The translations under genes and the position numbers were made by a program. The notes beneath the pieces are model-generated. The model was not told the DNA's origin. It saw only the letters and a list, made by a program, of their open reading frames with translations, and made no database searches. Shown here piece by piece: positions 39,344 to 49,409 of a stretch of 64,000 nucleotides of DNA (position 1 is the stretch's first letter; every line of letters starts with the position of its first letter). Origin of the DNA: an uncultured delta proteobacterium (GTDB lineage Bacteria > Desulfobacterota > Binatia > Binatales > Binataceae); assembly GCA_963834535.1 (NCBI GenBank), contig CAWICC010000006.1, positions 51,438 through 115,437 of the forward strand, in the 5' to 3' direction.

Positions 39344-39410
39344 GCCAGCGCGGCGGGCGCGGGTCAGCCAGCGCGGCGGGCGCGGGTCAACCAGCGAGGC
39401 GGGCGCGGAG
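39344..39410 (-). repeat. 23-bp tandem duplication of the gatB 3' end including its stop codon
   Basis: GCCAGCGCGGCGGGCGCGGGTCA at 39344-39366 and 39367-39389, then gene-end copy ACCAGCGAGGCGGGCGCGGAG. Confidence 0.85.
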
Positions 39411-40832
39411 GATTTCGTTGACGACTTTCGGGTTGCCCTTGCCGCCCATCGCCTTCATCACCTGGCCGACGAAGAAGCCGAAGAGCTTGTCGCGGCCGGC
39501 GCGATATTCGGCGACCTTGGACGGTTCGGCGGCGAGCACATTGTCGATGGCGGCGGCGATGGCGCCTTCGTCGGAAACCTGGACGAGGCCCAACTCGCTG
39601 ACGACGGCGGCGGCGGCTTTGCCCGACTTGCACATCGCGGCGAAGGCGGTTTTGGCGGCATTGAGGCTGAGGGTCGCATCCTCGACGAGCTTGAGGAGTG
39701 CGCCGGATTCGGAGGCGGGGGGCGCGGCCTCGGCGAGCGCGCGACCGCTTTCGTTGACGACGCGCAGGACTTCGGTCATGACCCAGTTGGCCGCGGTCTT
39801 CTGATTATTGAGGCCGGCGGCGAGCATCGTTTCGAAGTAATTTCCGATATCGCGATCCTCGGTCAGCACGGCGGCCTCGTAATCGGTGAGGCCAATTTCA
39901 CGGATAAAGCGCTTGCGCTTTTCGGCGGGCAACTCGGGCATGGCGGATTTGATTTCCTCGATCCAATCGCCGGTGACGCGGAGCGGCGGCAGGTCAGGCT
40001 CGGGGAAGTAGCGGTAGTCGTTGGCGAATTCCTTCGAGCGCATCGGGCGCGTTTCCTCGCGCACGGGATCCCAAAGCAGCGTTTCCTGCAGGATGCGTCC
40101 GCCGGCGTCGATGGTATCGATCTGGCGCGCGACTTCGTATTCGATTGCCTTTTCGACGAAGCGAAATGAGTTCAGGTTCTTGATCTCGGTCCGGACGCCG
40201 AACTCAGCGGCACCCTTGGGGCGCACGGAGATATTGACGTCGCAGCGCAGCGCGCCTTCTTCCATCTTGCCGTCGGAGGCATCGACGGCGCGCAGGATGC
40301 CGCGCAACTCACGCAGGTAGGCGCTGGCCTCTTCGGCCGAGCGGATGTCGGGCTCGCTGACGATTTCGACGAGGGGGACGGAGGAGCGGTTGAAATCGAC
40401 GAGGCTGCCGCCGGCTTCATGGATATTCTTGCCGGCATCTTCTTCCATGTGGATACGCACGAGGCGCACGCGGCGCGGCCCGTTGGCGTCGCTGAGGCCG
40501 GGGAGGTCGATATAGCCGCCCTTGCACAGGGGCAGTTCGTACTGGCTGATCTGGTAGCCCTTGGGGAGGTCGGGATAGAAATAGCTTTTGCGCGCAAAGA
40601 TCGACTCGTGGGCGATTTCGCAATGGGCGGCGAGGCCGGCGCGAATGGCAAGCTCGACGGCGTAGCGATTGAGCACCGGCAAGACCCCGGGCATCCCCAT
40701 GCATACCGGGCAGACGTTTTCATTGGGGCCGGCGCCGAAGGCGGCGGAACATCCGCAGAAGAGCTTGGAGCTGGTCAATAAATGGGTATGAACTTCGAGG
40801 CCGATCACCGCTTCATAATCTTCGGCAGCCAT
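39387..40832 (-). CDS. gatB: Asp/Glu-tRNA amidotransferase subunit B
   Basis: IGLEVH, PGVLPVLN, YFYPDLPKGYQISQ, HMEEDAGK, DYRYFPEPDLP, GFFVGQVMK. Confidence 0.98.
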   Translation of the reverse strand: MAAEDYEAVIGLEVHTHLLTSSKLFCGCSAAFGAGPNENVCPVCMGMPGVLPVLNRYAVELAIRAGLAAHCEIAHESIFARKSYFYPDLPKGYQISQYELPLCKGGYIDLPGLSDANGPRRVRLVRIHMEEDAGKNIHEAGGSLVDFNRSSVPLVEIVSEPDIRSAEEASAYLRELRGILRAVDASDGKMEEGALRCDVNISVRPKGAAEFGVRTEIKNLNSFRFVEKAIEYEVARQIDTIDAGGRILQETLLWDPVREETRPMRSKEFANDYRYFPEPDLPPLRVTGDWIEEIKSAMPELPAEKRKRFIREIGLTDYEAAVLTEDRDIGNYFETMLAAGLNNQKTAANWVMTEVLRVVNESGRALAEAAPPASESGALLKLVEDATLSLNAAKTAFAAMCKSGKAAAAVVSELGLVQVSDEGAIAAAIDNVLAAEPSKVAEYRAGRDKLFGFFVGQVMKAMGGKGNPKVVNEILRARLAG

Positions 40833-40900
40833 TACTCAGTAATCCTCACAGTAGCTATCGCAATAGTCATTGTATCAGTTAACGCCGGCGAGGTTGGTAC

Positions 40901-42367
40901 TCAGAGGATGGCGGAGCGGCGTTTGACGATGCCGGTACGCTCGAAGGCGTCGGCGGCGCGGAGGAGGGCTTCCTCGCCGAAGGCCGGGCCGATCAACTGC
41001 AAGCCGATCGGCAGGCCGTGGGTATCGAAGCCGCAGGGCACCGACATGCCGGGAAGGCCGGCGAGGTTGACGGAAATCGTGAAGATATCGGAGAGGTACA
41101 TCTGGAGCGGATCAGAGGTCTTCTCGCCGAGGGCGAAAGCGGTGGTGGGGGCGACCGGCGTGGCGATGATATCGCAGCTTTCGAAGGCGCGCTCGAAATC
41201 GCGGCGGATGAGGGTGCGCACCTTCTGCCCCTTGAGGTAGTAGGCGTCGTAGTAGCCAGCGGAGAGGACGAAGGTGCCGAGCATGATGCGGCGCTTGACC
41301 TCGGCGCCGAAGCCGCGCGCGCGGGTGCGGTTGTAAAGCTCGATGTTGTTGTCGCCGTCGACGCGGAGGCCGAAGCGGATGCCGTCGTAGCGCGAGAGAT
41401 TCGCGCTGGCCTCGGCGGTGGCGACGATGTAGTAGGCGGCGACGGCGTAGGTCGTATGCGGCAGGGAAATATCGACCAGCCGCGCACCCATCGCCTGGTA
41501 GGAATTGAGTGCCGCGCGGACGGCCTGTTCGACCTCGGGCGCGATGCCCGCGACGAAGAACTCCTTGGGCACTCCGACGCGCAGGCCCTTGATGCCGCCG
41601 GTCAGGGCCGCCTCGTAATCGGGGACGGGGCGCGCGGAGCAGGTGGAATCCCGCGGATCGAGGCCGGCGAGATCGTGCAGGAGGATGGCGGCGTCGCGCA
41701 CGGTCTTGGCGAACGGTCCGACCTGGTCGAGCGAGGAGGCGTAGGCGATTACGCCGTAACGGCTGACGCGGCTGTAAGTCGGCTTGAGTCCGACGACGCC
41801 GCAGAAGGACGCGGGCTCGCGAATCGAGCCGCCGGTATCGGTGCCGAGCGCGCCGAGACATTGATCGGCGGCGACGGCGGCGGCCGAGCCGCCCGAGGAA
41901 CCGCCGGCGACGCGCTCGACATTGTGGGGATTGCGGGTGGGGCCGAAGGCGGAGTTTTCGGTCGAGGAGCCCATCGCGAACTCGTCAAGATTGGCCTTGC
42001 CGACGAAGACCGCGCCGTTGGCGCGCAGCTTGGCAATGACGGTGGCGTCGTACGGGGGGACGAAGGTCTCGAGGATTTTCGAAGCGCAGGTGGTGCGCAC
42101 GCCCTTGGTCGCGTAGATGTCTTTGATGGCGAGCGGGATACCGCAGAGTGCGGGCGCATCGCCCGCGGCGAGGCGGGCGTCGGCGGCCGCGGCCTGTTCG
42201 TGGGCCTCGCGTGCGCATACGGTGATGAAGGCGTTGAGCTTGGGGTCGACCAGCTTGATCTGATCGAGACAGGCGCGCGTGAGATCGTGGGCGGAGATCT
42301 CGCGCTGACGCAGGAGGTCGCGCGCTTCGGTAATAGTCAGTCGATTAAGGTCGGAAGTCATTGCCAT
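40901..42367 (-). CDS. gatA: Asp/Glu-tRNA amidotransferase subunit A
   Basis: [50 protein letters not shown]. Confidence 0.98.
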   Translation of the reverse strand: MAMTSDLNRLTITEARDLLRQREISAHDLTRACLDQIKLVDPKLNAFITVCAREAHEQAAAADARLAAGDAPALCGIPLAIKDIYATKGVRTTCASKILETFVPPYDATVIAKLRANGAVFVGKANLDEFAMGSSTENSAFGPTRNPHNVERVAGGSSGGSAAAVAADQCLGALGTDTGGSIREPASFCGVVGLKPTYSRVSRYGVIAYASSLDQVGPFAKTVRDAAILLHDLAGLDPRDSTCSARPVPDYEAALTGGIKGLRVGVPKEFFVAGIAPEVEQAVRAALNSYQAMGARLVDISLPHTTYAVAAYYIVATAEASANLSRYDGIRFGLRVDGDNNIELYNRTRARGFGAEVKRRIMLGTFVLSAGYYDAYYLKGQKVRTLIRRDFERAFESCDIIATPVAPTTAFALGEKTSDPLQMYLSDIFTISVNLAGLPGMSVPCGFDTHGLPIGLQLIGPAFGEEALLRAADAFERTGIVKRRSAIL

Positions 42368-42484
42368 GCGATAGGGCCTTTTTCACCGCGTAGAGTCGAT
42401 ACCGTTCGAGTTCATTCGGGGCACTGAAATCCGGTGGGTCTGCAGCGCGAAACGCATCCGGCAGGGTAGCGGACCTCGGCGCCA

Positions 42485-42802
42485 TCAGCCTTCGATGATC
42501 TTGGGCACCTTGAAGAAGTGGCCCTCGCGCGCGGGCGCATTGGCGAGCATCTCGTCGGGCAGATGGCGGTTGGTGACGACATCGTCGCGCATGGGAGTGC
42601 CGGCCTCGCCGACCTGGGCCGTGGGCGGAACCATGGAGGTGTCGAGTTGGTTGAGCTGATCGATATAGGTCAGGATCTCGCTCATGTTGGCTTGCAGGCT
42701 TTGTTCCTCGGCGGATGCGAGTTCGAGCCGGGCGAGGCGTGCGACGTGGCGCACCTGTTCGAGGCTGATTTTGCTTTCGGTGGCGCTGTGGTTGGCGGAC
42801 AT
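42485..42802 (-). CDS. gatC: Asp/Glu-tRNA amidotransferase subunit C
   Basis: VRHVARLARL, MRDD, NAP...FFKVPKII. Confidence 0.96.
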   Translation of the reverse strand: MSANHSATESKISLEQVRHVARLARLELASAEEQSLQANMSEILTYIDQLNQLDTSMVPPTAQVGEAGTPMRDDVVTNRHLPDEMLANAPAREGHFFKVPKIIEG

Positions 42803-42972
42803 GATGCAAGGAATCCTAACATCTGCGGCGGTCCAAGTCAGGCTGCGGCGTTCGCGCGGCGGCCAGGTAACGGCCAAGTGGCGGCCAGGTAACGGACCGA
42901 TCAGTACAAAGGCTGGCGATTGTGCGGGTTTTGCGATCACCTGTATAAAGGGCGACGAGGTCAGCGAAAAAG

Positions 42973-43617
42973 ATGTTAACCGTACATCATCTGAATAACT
43001 CCCGATCGCAGCGTATCGTGTGGCTCTGTGAGGAGCTGGGCATCGATTACAAGCTGGTCAAATATCAGCGCGATGCGGAGACGCAGCGCGCGCCCGAGTC
43101 GCTGAAGAAAGTTCATCCGCTGGGCAAGGCGCCGGCGATCGAGCATGACGGGAAGGTGATCGTCGAGAGCGATGCGATAATCGAATACATCTGCCACAAG
43201 ATCGCGGGCGGGAAATTGAGCCGCGGGGTCAACTCGCCCGAGTACGGCGAATATCTTGGGTGGCTGGCATTTCCGGAAGGGACTCTTTTCCCCGGGCTCG
43301 CAGTTGACCTGATTTATGCGTGGACGGGCGGCGGCAACGACGTCTTCATGGGATTTTTCGAGGCCGAACTCCAGAAGAACCATCAATATGTCGAGGACCG
43401 CGTGGCCAAGCGCGATTACCTGCTCGACTCCGGTTTCTCCGCCGCCGATATCAATCTCGGCTGGGGACTCGAGATGTCCGAGGCTCGCGGACGCCTGCGA
43501 TCGCGTCCCGCGTTGCAGAATTACCTGGGGCGTCTGCGTAATCGCGCTGGCTACAAGCGCGCGATCGAAAAAGGCGGTCCGCAGGATTTGAGTGTCTTTT
43601 CGGCCGGCGTGGTCTAA
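42973..43617 (+). CDS. Glutathione S-transferase
   Basis: NSRSQRI.W..EEL, HPLGKAP, ESDAI, FSAADI. Confidence 0.92.
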   Translation: MLTVHHLNNSRSQRIVWLCEELGIDYKLVKYQRDAETQRAPESLKKVHPLGKAPAIEHDGKVIVESDAIIEYICHKIAGGKLSRGVNSPEYGEYLGWLAFPEGTLFPGLAVDLIYAWTGGGNDVFMGFFEAELQKNHQYVEDRVAKRDYLLDSGFSAADINLGWGLEMSEARGRLRSRPALQNYLGRLRNRAGYKRAIEKGGPQDLSVFSAGVV

Positions 43618-43699
43618 GGCCCGGATGCGCGCGCGCTGGCCGGCTACTTTGGATGTGGCCGGCTCGGCGCGCTCTCGGTCATTCTCCCTCCGCCAGGCC

Positions 43700-44131
43700 T
43701 CACTCGGCGGCTGGTCCGGCCCACGGTCCGATACCGGCGAAGCGCGCCGGCGCAATCCGAGTAACGTAACCCGGAATGTTGCGCATCGCCGGCGGCGGAA
43801 AGTCGGCCTGCGGGCCCAGGTAAAGTGCGCCGAGGCGTTGGAGCAGGGGCACCGCGGCGCCTTCGGTAACGCGCGCATGGCCGTAAACCACGAGGTATTC
43901 GCGCAAGCCATGAGCGTTGGTGATGTCACTGAGCATCGAGAGCGCAACGCGCCCGTCGCGGCGGATGTTCTTGATCTTCTGATGATCCGCCAGATGGCCC
44001 ATGACGAACTCGTCGTTTTCGATTCCGACCCACACGACGGTGACCTGGGGACCGCCCTTTGAATTGAGGGTGGTGAGATGTGCGAGCGGTGCTTTGGCGA
44101 TCAGATCATGGATCGATAGTGGAATTTTCAT
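43700..44131 (-). CDS. PPOX-class (split beta-barrel) F420-dependent oxidoreductase
   Basis: LTTLN..GGPQVTVVW, KIKNIRRDGRVALS, YL.V.G.A. Confidence 0.85.
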   Translation of the reverse strand: MKIPLSIHDLIAKAPLAHLTTLNSKGGPQVTVVWVGIENDEFVMGHLADHQKIKNIRRDGRVALSMLSDITNAHGLREYLVVYGHARVTEGAAVPLLQRLGALYLGPQADFPPPAMRNIPGYVTRIAPARFAGIGPWAGPAAE

Positions 44132-44331
44132 AATGTTTCGATTCCTTCGCAGCCTTAAGGGGATTCTTTCAGGGCGCCGCCGCTGTCAGGACAATATCTC
44201 ATATATGCGATTGCGCGAGGCAATCGGGTCAGAGAGGGACGGCCGGTACAGCGACGCTTCGATGGGGCGCGAGTGGAACGAAGGGGCGCAGCGAGGCTGA
44301 AGGTGTTTCGGCAGTAAAAGAGAAGTCGAGT

Positions 44332-44730
44332 ATGACACAAAACGAACAGAAGGCTGCGGCGCTCAGGTTTATCGAGAACTTCAATCACGCCGATCCCAAG
44401 GTCTTCGAGGAACTGACAACCGAGGACTTCAAGTTCGAAATCGTTTCCGGACTGAGCGCGTTTCCGCCGATTCATGGCCGCCAGAACTTCGCCGCCACCG
44501 AGTCCGCGACGCTCAAGCGGCTGTTTCCCGAAGGGCTCAAGCTCAAGCTGGAGACGGTCATATCCGAGGGGTCGCAGGTGGCGGTGCTGGCGACGGCGGA
44601 TACGGTCGCCTCGAACGGCCGCAATTATCGGCAGCGGTATTGTTTCTATCTGCGCTTCGAGGGCGGTCTGATCGCCGAGGGGCGGGAATATAACGACACG
44701 AATCTGGTGCGCGAGGTGTTTCTGACTTGA
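44332..44730 (+). CDS. SnoaL/NTF2-like protein
   Basis: ISEGSQVAV, GRNYRQRY, GLIAEGREYNDT. Confidence 0.85.
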   Translation: MTQNEQKAAALRFIENFNHADPKVFEELTTEDFKFEIVSGLSAFPPIHGRQNFAATESATLKRLFPEGLKLKLETVISEGSQVAVLATADTVASNGRNYRQRYCFYLRFEGGLIAEGREYNDTNLVREVFLT

Positions 44731-44873
44731 GCGGACGGCGGTGCTGACGCGGCAGTGAGTCAGCGCGAGCATGGCGGCACGGTCCGGGCGTGGTGTGCTT
44801 AGCGGATGGGGTCGCAGGGGAGGGGAGGGTGCGTATAGAATAAATTGGCTCTGGAAGAGCGTGGGCGGCGAAG

Positions 44874-45311
44874 ATGGCGGTCCCGATGGCGGCGCGGCTG
44901 AGGCGGCGATGGGTGAGGGTGGGCGACTATATCGACCGCTGGTATGAGGAAATGCCGTGGCGGCGCGGGATTCCGTTGGGGCGGCGGGGCGAGGATATCG
45001 CAGGGCGGCATCTGCGGCGGTGCGGGTACCGGATTCTCGCGCGCAACTATTGCGCGGCCGGGGCAGAGATAGACCTGGTGGCGGCCGACCGAGAGACGCT
45101 GGTTTTCGTCGAAGTCAAGGCGCGGAGCAGCGCGGTTTTCGGCGCGCCAGCCGAGGCGGTGGACAGCCGCAAAGCGCAGCGTATCCGGCGGGCCGCATCG
45201 GTGTATTTGCGGCAGAACAAGGCGGAAGCGCGGGCGGCGCGCTTCGACGTGGTGGCGATTACTGGCGTAGGGCGGGCCTGCCGGCTGGAATTATTGAAGG
45301 ACGCATTTTGA
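44874..45311 (+). CDS. yraN: YraN family (UPF0102) predicted nuclease
   Basis: [35 protein letters not shown]. Confidence 0.92.
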   Translation: MAVPMAARLRRRWVRVGDYIDRWYEEMPWRRGIPLGRRGEDIAGRHLRRCGYRILARNYCAAGAEIDLVAADRETLVFVEVKARSSAVFGAPAEAVDSRKAQRIRRAASVYLRQNKAEARAARFDVVAITGVGRACRLELLKDAF

Positions 45312-45315
45312 GACG

Positions 45316-46590
45316 ATGCTTGATATCAAGCTGATTCGCGAACAACCCGACTTCGTCAAGGCCGAACTGGGCAAGGCGGGGGTGGATGAGGCAGAGATCG
45401 ACCGAATCTTGGAAGTGGACGGCGAGCGGCGCGCGCTACAACGGGAACTGGACGAGATGCGGGCGCGGCGCACGCGCGAGTCCAAAGAACTTGGACGGAT
45501 GGCGCCGGCGGAGCGCGAATCGAAGCGCCTGGAGATGCGGGCGCTGGGCGATCAGATAGGAGCGGGCGAACGGCAGCTCGCGGAGGCCGATCAACGCTTC
45601 AGCGAACTGATGCTGGGTATCCGCAACCTGCCGCGGCCCTATGTGCCGGTCGGGCGCGGCGAGGCGGACAACAAGATCGTGCGTGTGGAGGGCGCGCCGC
45701 GCGAGTTCGAGTTCAAGCCGGCGCCGCATTGGGAGCTGGGCGAAAGGCTCGGGATTATCGATTTCGAGCGCGGGGTGAAACTATCGGGGACGCGGTTTTA
45801 CGTGCTGGTGGGACTGGGCGCGCGACTCGAGCGGGCGCTGATCGCGTTTATGATCGACCTGAAGACGAGCGAGCAGGGCTACCTGGAAATCGCGCCGCCG
45901 TTGATGGTGAACACTGCGACGGCGACGAGCACGGGCCATCTGCCGAAAAACGCGGATACGATGTATCACGACGCGGAGGAGGACTACTGGTTCATCCCAA
46001 CGGCCGAGTTGCCGCTGACGAGCATGTATCGCGACGAGATACTGGAGGCGGCGCGGCTGCCGATCAATCTGGCGGCGTATACGCCGTGCTTTCGCCGCGA
46101 GAAGATGTCGGCGGGCCGGGATGTACGCGGGATCAAGCGGGGCCATCAGTTCGACAAGGTCGAGATGGTCAAGCTGGTGCGGCCTGAGACCTCCGACGGC
46201 GAGCTGCAAACGCTGGTCGAAAACGCGTGCGAGGTTTGTCGGCGGCTGGGGATTCCGTTCCGGGTGGTGCAGCTATGCACCGCGGACATCAGCTTTGCGA
46301 GCGCGGCGACTTACGATATTGAGATGTGGGCGCCGGGGCTGGGCGAATGGCTGGAGGTGAGTTCATGCTCGAACTGCACCGACTTCCAGATGCGCCGCGC
46401 GAACATACGTTATCGTCCGGAGAAGGGCGGCAAGACGGAATTTCCACACGCATTGAACGGATCGGGCCTGGGACTGCCGCGGACGCTGATCGCGGTGATG
46501 GAGAATTATCAGCAGGCAGACGGGAGTATCACAATTCCGGAGGTTCTGCGGCCGTACATGGGTGGTATCGACATTATAAAGCCAGCATAG
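45316..46590 (+). CDS. serS: Serine--tRNA ligase
   Basis: [50 protein letters not shown]. Confidence 0.98.
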   Translation: MLDIKLIREQPDFVKAELGKAGVDEAEIDRILEVDGERRALQRELDEMRARRTRESKELGRMAPAERESKRLEMRALGDQIGAGERQLAEADQRFSELMLGIRNLPRPYVPVGRGEADNKIVRVEGAPREFEFKPAPHWELGERLGIIDFERGVKLSGTRFYVLVGLGARLERALIAFMIDLKTSEQGYLEIAPPLMVNTATATSTGHLPKNADTMYHDAEEDYWFIPTAELPLTSMYRDEILEAARLPINLAAYTPCFRREKMSAGRDVRGIKRGHQFDKVEMVKLVRPETSDGELQTLVENACEVCRRLGIPFRVVQLCTADISFASAATYDIEMWAPGLGEWLEVSSCSNCTDFQMRRANIRYRPEKGGKTEFPHALNGSGLGLPRTLIAVMENYQQADGSITIPEVLRPYMGGIDIIKPA

Positions 46591-46655
46591 CCATTTTACT
46601 GCACAGATAGGATGAATAACTGCCATAATGCAGGTTAACTGGCATTTTCCCCGCA

Positions 46656-46673
46656 TTTAATATTCCCGTAACA
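46656..46673 (+). promoter_or_regulatory. Possible Pho-box-like direct repeat upstream of pstC
   Basis: TTTAATA-N4-CGTAACA, 11-bp period, in AT-rich spacer before the pst operon; weak match. Confidence 0.3.
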
Positions 46674-46786
46674 ATTCGTCGTTACTGTCCCTGAAGAAAT
46701 GTGTTGTTGTGTGGTGGCGGCAGGATCCCATCATTAAGCAAACCGCTCGACAGACGGAACCTGAATTGGCTGAACTGGCGAATACT

Positions 46787-47764
46787 GTGACTGAGCAAGT
46801 CGCGGTGGCGCGGAGCAATACGCGGCGCCACCGATTTGGGGGGCGATCGGCGGGCGATCGCATTTTCAACTGGAGCACGCTGGCCTTGGCGCTGATTATA
46901 CTGGCGCTGCTGTTTGGTCTGACGCTGCAATTGTTTACGCACGCGCTGCCTTCAATCAGAGCTTTCGGGTGGCGGTTTCTGATCAGCACGGACTGGGATC
47001 CGAGCAATGACCAGTATGGGGCGGCGCCGTTCATCTACGGGACGGCGGTATCTTCGTTTCTGGCGCTATTGATCGCGGTGCCGCTGGCGCTGGGAGTAGC
47101 GCTGTGCCTGAGCGAGATGGCGCCGGCGTGGCTCAGCCATAAGCTGGGCTTCCTGGTGGAGTTGCTGGCGGCGATTCCGAGCGTGGTCTATGGCCTGTGG
47201 GGGGTGTTCGTGCTGGGGCCGTGGCTGCGCGATCACGTCGATCCGATTCTCGCGAAGTACCTGGGCTTCCTGCCATTTTTCCAGGGCCCGCATATCTCGG
47301 TGAGCATGTTCACGGCGGCGGTGGTGCTGGCGATCATGGTATTGCCGTACATCTCGGCGGTGTGCACGGACGTATTTCGAGTGGTGCCGCAGACGCAGCG
47401 CGAGGCGGCGTTCGCGCTGGGCGCGACGAAGTGGGAGATGGTGCGGATGGCGGTGCTGCCGTTCGGGGTCTCGGGGGTAATCGGTGCGGTGATCCTGGGA
47501 CTGGGGCGCGCGCTGGGCGAGACGATCGCGGTGGCGATGGTGATCGGCAACCGCCCGGAGATATCGGCGTCGCTGTTTATGCCCTCGACGACGCTGGCGA
47601 GCGTGATCGCCAACGAGTTCGTCGAGGCGACCTCGGAGCTGAACCTGGCGGCGCTGGTAGAGCTTGGCCTGATCCTGCTGGTGTTGGGGCTGATTCTGAA
47701 CATCGCGGCGCGGACCCTGGTTTATAGCGCCACGCAGCGCCATTTCGACAAGGGCAAGCGATGA
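46787..47764 (+). CDS. pstC: Phosphate ABC transporter permease PstC
   Basis: IYGT, VELLAAIPSVVYGLWG, REAAFALGATKWE, GRALGETIAV; start uncertain. Confidence 0.96.
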   Translation: MTEQVAVARSNTRRHRFGGRSAGDRIFNWSTLALALIILALLFGLTLQLFTHALPSIRAFGWRFLISTDWDPSNDQYGAAPFIYGTAVSSFLALLIAVPLALGVALCLSEMAPAWLSHKLGFLVELLAAIPSVVYGLWGVFVLGPWLRDHVDPILAKYLGFLPFFQGPHISVSMFTAAVVLAIMVLPYISAVCTDVFRVVPQTQREAAFALGATKWEMVRMAVLPFGVSGVIGAVILGLGRALGETIAVAMVIGNRPEISASLFMPSTTLASVIANEFVEATSELNLAALVELGLILLVLGLILNIAARTLVYSATQRHFDKGKR

Positions 47765-48627
47765 AGGACACACTGGTGCGGCGCCGGTACGACAGTTACC
47801 GCAGGTTGAAGAGCAATCTGATGGTGGGCTTGACGATTGCAGCGACGGCAGTGGCGCTGATCCCGCTGTTTTTTGTGCTGGGTTACCTGGCGAGCAAAGG
47901 GGCAGCGAGCGTTAACTGGGACTTTTTCACGAAGATGCCGGTGCCGGTGGGGCAGGTGGGCGGCGGCATGGCGAACGCGATTATCGGAACCTTCGAGCTG
48001 GTAGGGATTGCGACCATGATCGGAGTGCCGATCGGGGTCGGCGCGGGGATCTACCTGGCGGAGAATCGGGGCAGTCAACTGGCGCAGGTGATTCGCTTCG
48101 CGGCGGATGTGATGATGGGGATTCCGACGATCGTCGTAGGCATTTTCGCGTATGAGATATTCGTCAAGCCGTTCTACGGATTTTCGACGCTGGCGGGCGC
48201 GATCGCGCTGGCGATAATCATGATTCCGCTGGTCACGCGCACCGCAGAAGAGATGATCCTGCTGGTGCCGCACGAGTTGCGGGAGGCGGCGCTGGCACTG
48301 GGAGTGCCGCGCTGGCGGACGACGATTTCGGTGGTCGTGCGCACGGCGATCAGCGGAATCGCGACGGGAGTGATCCTGGCGGTGGCGCGGGTGGCGGGCG
48401 AGACCGCGCCGCTATTGTTTACGGCGTTCGGCAACCGGTTCTGGTCAACGTCGCTATTTCAACCGATCTCGTCGCTGACGGTGCAGGTTTACACGTACGC
48501 GATTTCGCCCTTTGCCGACTGGCAACGGCAGGCCTGGGCAGGGGCGCTGGTGCTGACGGCGATCGTGCTCGCGATGGAACTGGGCGTAAGATGGATGACG
48601 CGAGGATCGGCGCGCGTGGCAAGGTAG
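47761..48627 (+). CDS. pstA: Phosphate ABC transporter permease PstA
   Basis: [35 protein letters not shown]. Confidence 0.96.
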   Translation: MKDTLVRRRYDSYRRLKSNLMVGLTIAATAVALIPLFFVLGYLASKGAASVNWDFFTKMPVPVGQVGGGMANAIIGTFELVGIATMIGVPIGVGAGIYLAENRGSQLAQVIRFAADVMMGIPTIVVGIFAYEIFVKPFYGFSTLAGAIALAIIMIPLVTRTAEEMILLVPHELREAALALGVPRWRTTISVVVRTAISGIATGVILAVARVAGETAPLLFTAFGNRFWSTSLFQPISSLTVQVYTYAISPFADWQRQAWAGALVLTAIVLAMELGVRWMTRGSARVAR

Positions 48628-48629
48628 TC

Positions 48630-49391
48630 ATGCCGGACAAGGTAATAGTCAAGCACCTGCGAGCGTTCTTCAATAAGAACGAAGCGTTGCACAACGTCAG
48701 CCTGAACTTCGCGGAGAATCGGGTGACGGCGATAATCGGGCCGTCGGGCTGTGGAAAATCGACGCTGGTGAGGTGCATCAATCGGATGCACGAGGTGGTA
48801 CCGGGAGCGACGTGCACCGGGGAAGTGATCCTGGACGGCGAAGACATCTACGCAGCGTCGGTGGATCCGGTACAGGTGCGGCGGCGGATCGGGATGGTCT
48901 TCCAGAAGCCGACGCCGTTTCCGACGATGTCAATCGAGGACAATGTAGCGGCCGGGTTGAAGCTGAACGGGATTCGGCTGGCGCGGGCGGACCGCGACCG
49001 GCTGGTGGAGCAGAGCCTGCGGCGATCGGCGCTGTGGGAGGAGGTCAAGGATCGGTTGGGACGGCCGGGCGCGAGTCTGTCGGGCGGACAGCAGCAGCGC
49101 TTGTGCGTGGCCCGGGCGCTGGCGGTGGAGCCGGAGGTGCTGCTGATGGACGAGCCGTGCTCGGCGCTCGATCCGATCTCGACGGCGCGCATCGAGGAGC
49201 TGCTGCTGGAACTGAAAGAGAGCTACACGATCATCATCGTGACGCACAACATGCAGCAAGCGGGACGGTGTTCGGACTATACGGCGTTCATGTATGCGGG
49301 CGACCTGATCGAATGCGGCGAGACCAAGCAGATATTCACGACCCCGGCGCGGCGTGAGACGGAAGATTACATAACCGGACGCTTCGGTTAG
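48630..49391 (+). CDS. pstB: Phosphate ABC transporter ATPase
   Basis: [39 protein letters not shown]. Confidence 0.98.
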   Translation: MPDKVIVKHLRAFFNKNEALHNVSLNFAENRVTAIIGPSGCGKSTLVRCINRMHEVVPGATCTGEVILDGEDIYAASVDPVQVRRRIGMVFQKPTPFPTMSIEDNVAAGLKLNGIRLARADRDRLVEQSLRRSALWEEVKDRLGRPGASLSGGQQQRLCVARALAVEPEVLLMDEPCSALDPISTARIEELLLELKESYTIIIVTHNMQQAGRCSDYTAFMYAGDLIECGETKQIFTTPARRETEDYITGRFG

Positions 49392-49409
49392 TAGTCGGGG
49401 AAGGTGGCG

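Noticed and set aside
42332-42342. GACTGACTATT (minus strand) inside the gatA 5' end, resembling the array motif
   Set aside because: Lies in coding sequence (R-L-T-I) and is short; cannot be distinguished from chance.
44185-44213. dif-like site (also a TGTTAAAT at ~9661)
   Set aside because: XerC and XerD arms match the consensus too poorly.
46640-46655. Sigma-54 promoter before pstC (TGGCATTTTCCCCGCA)
   Set aside because: GG-N10-GC spacing fits but the TTGC element is CCGC; too weak.
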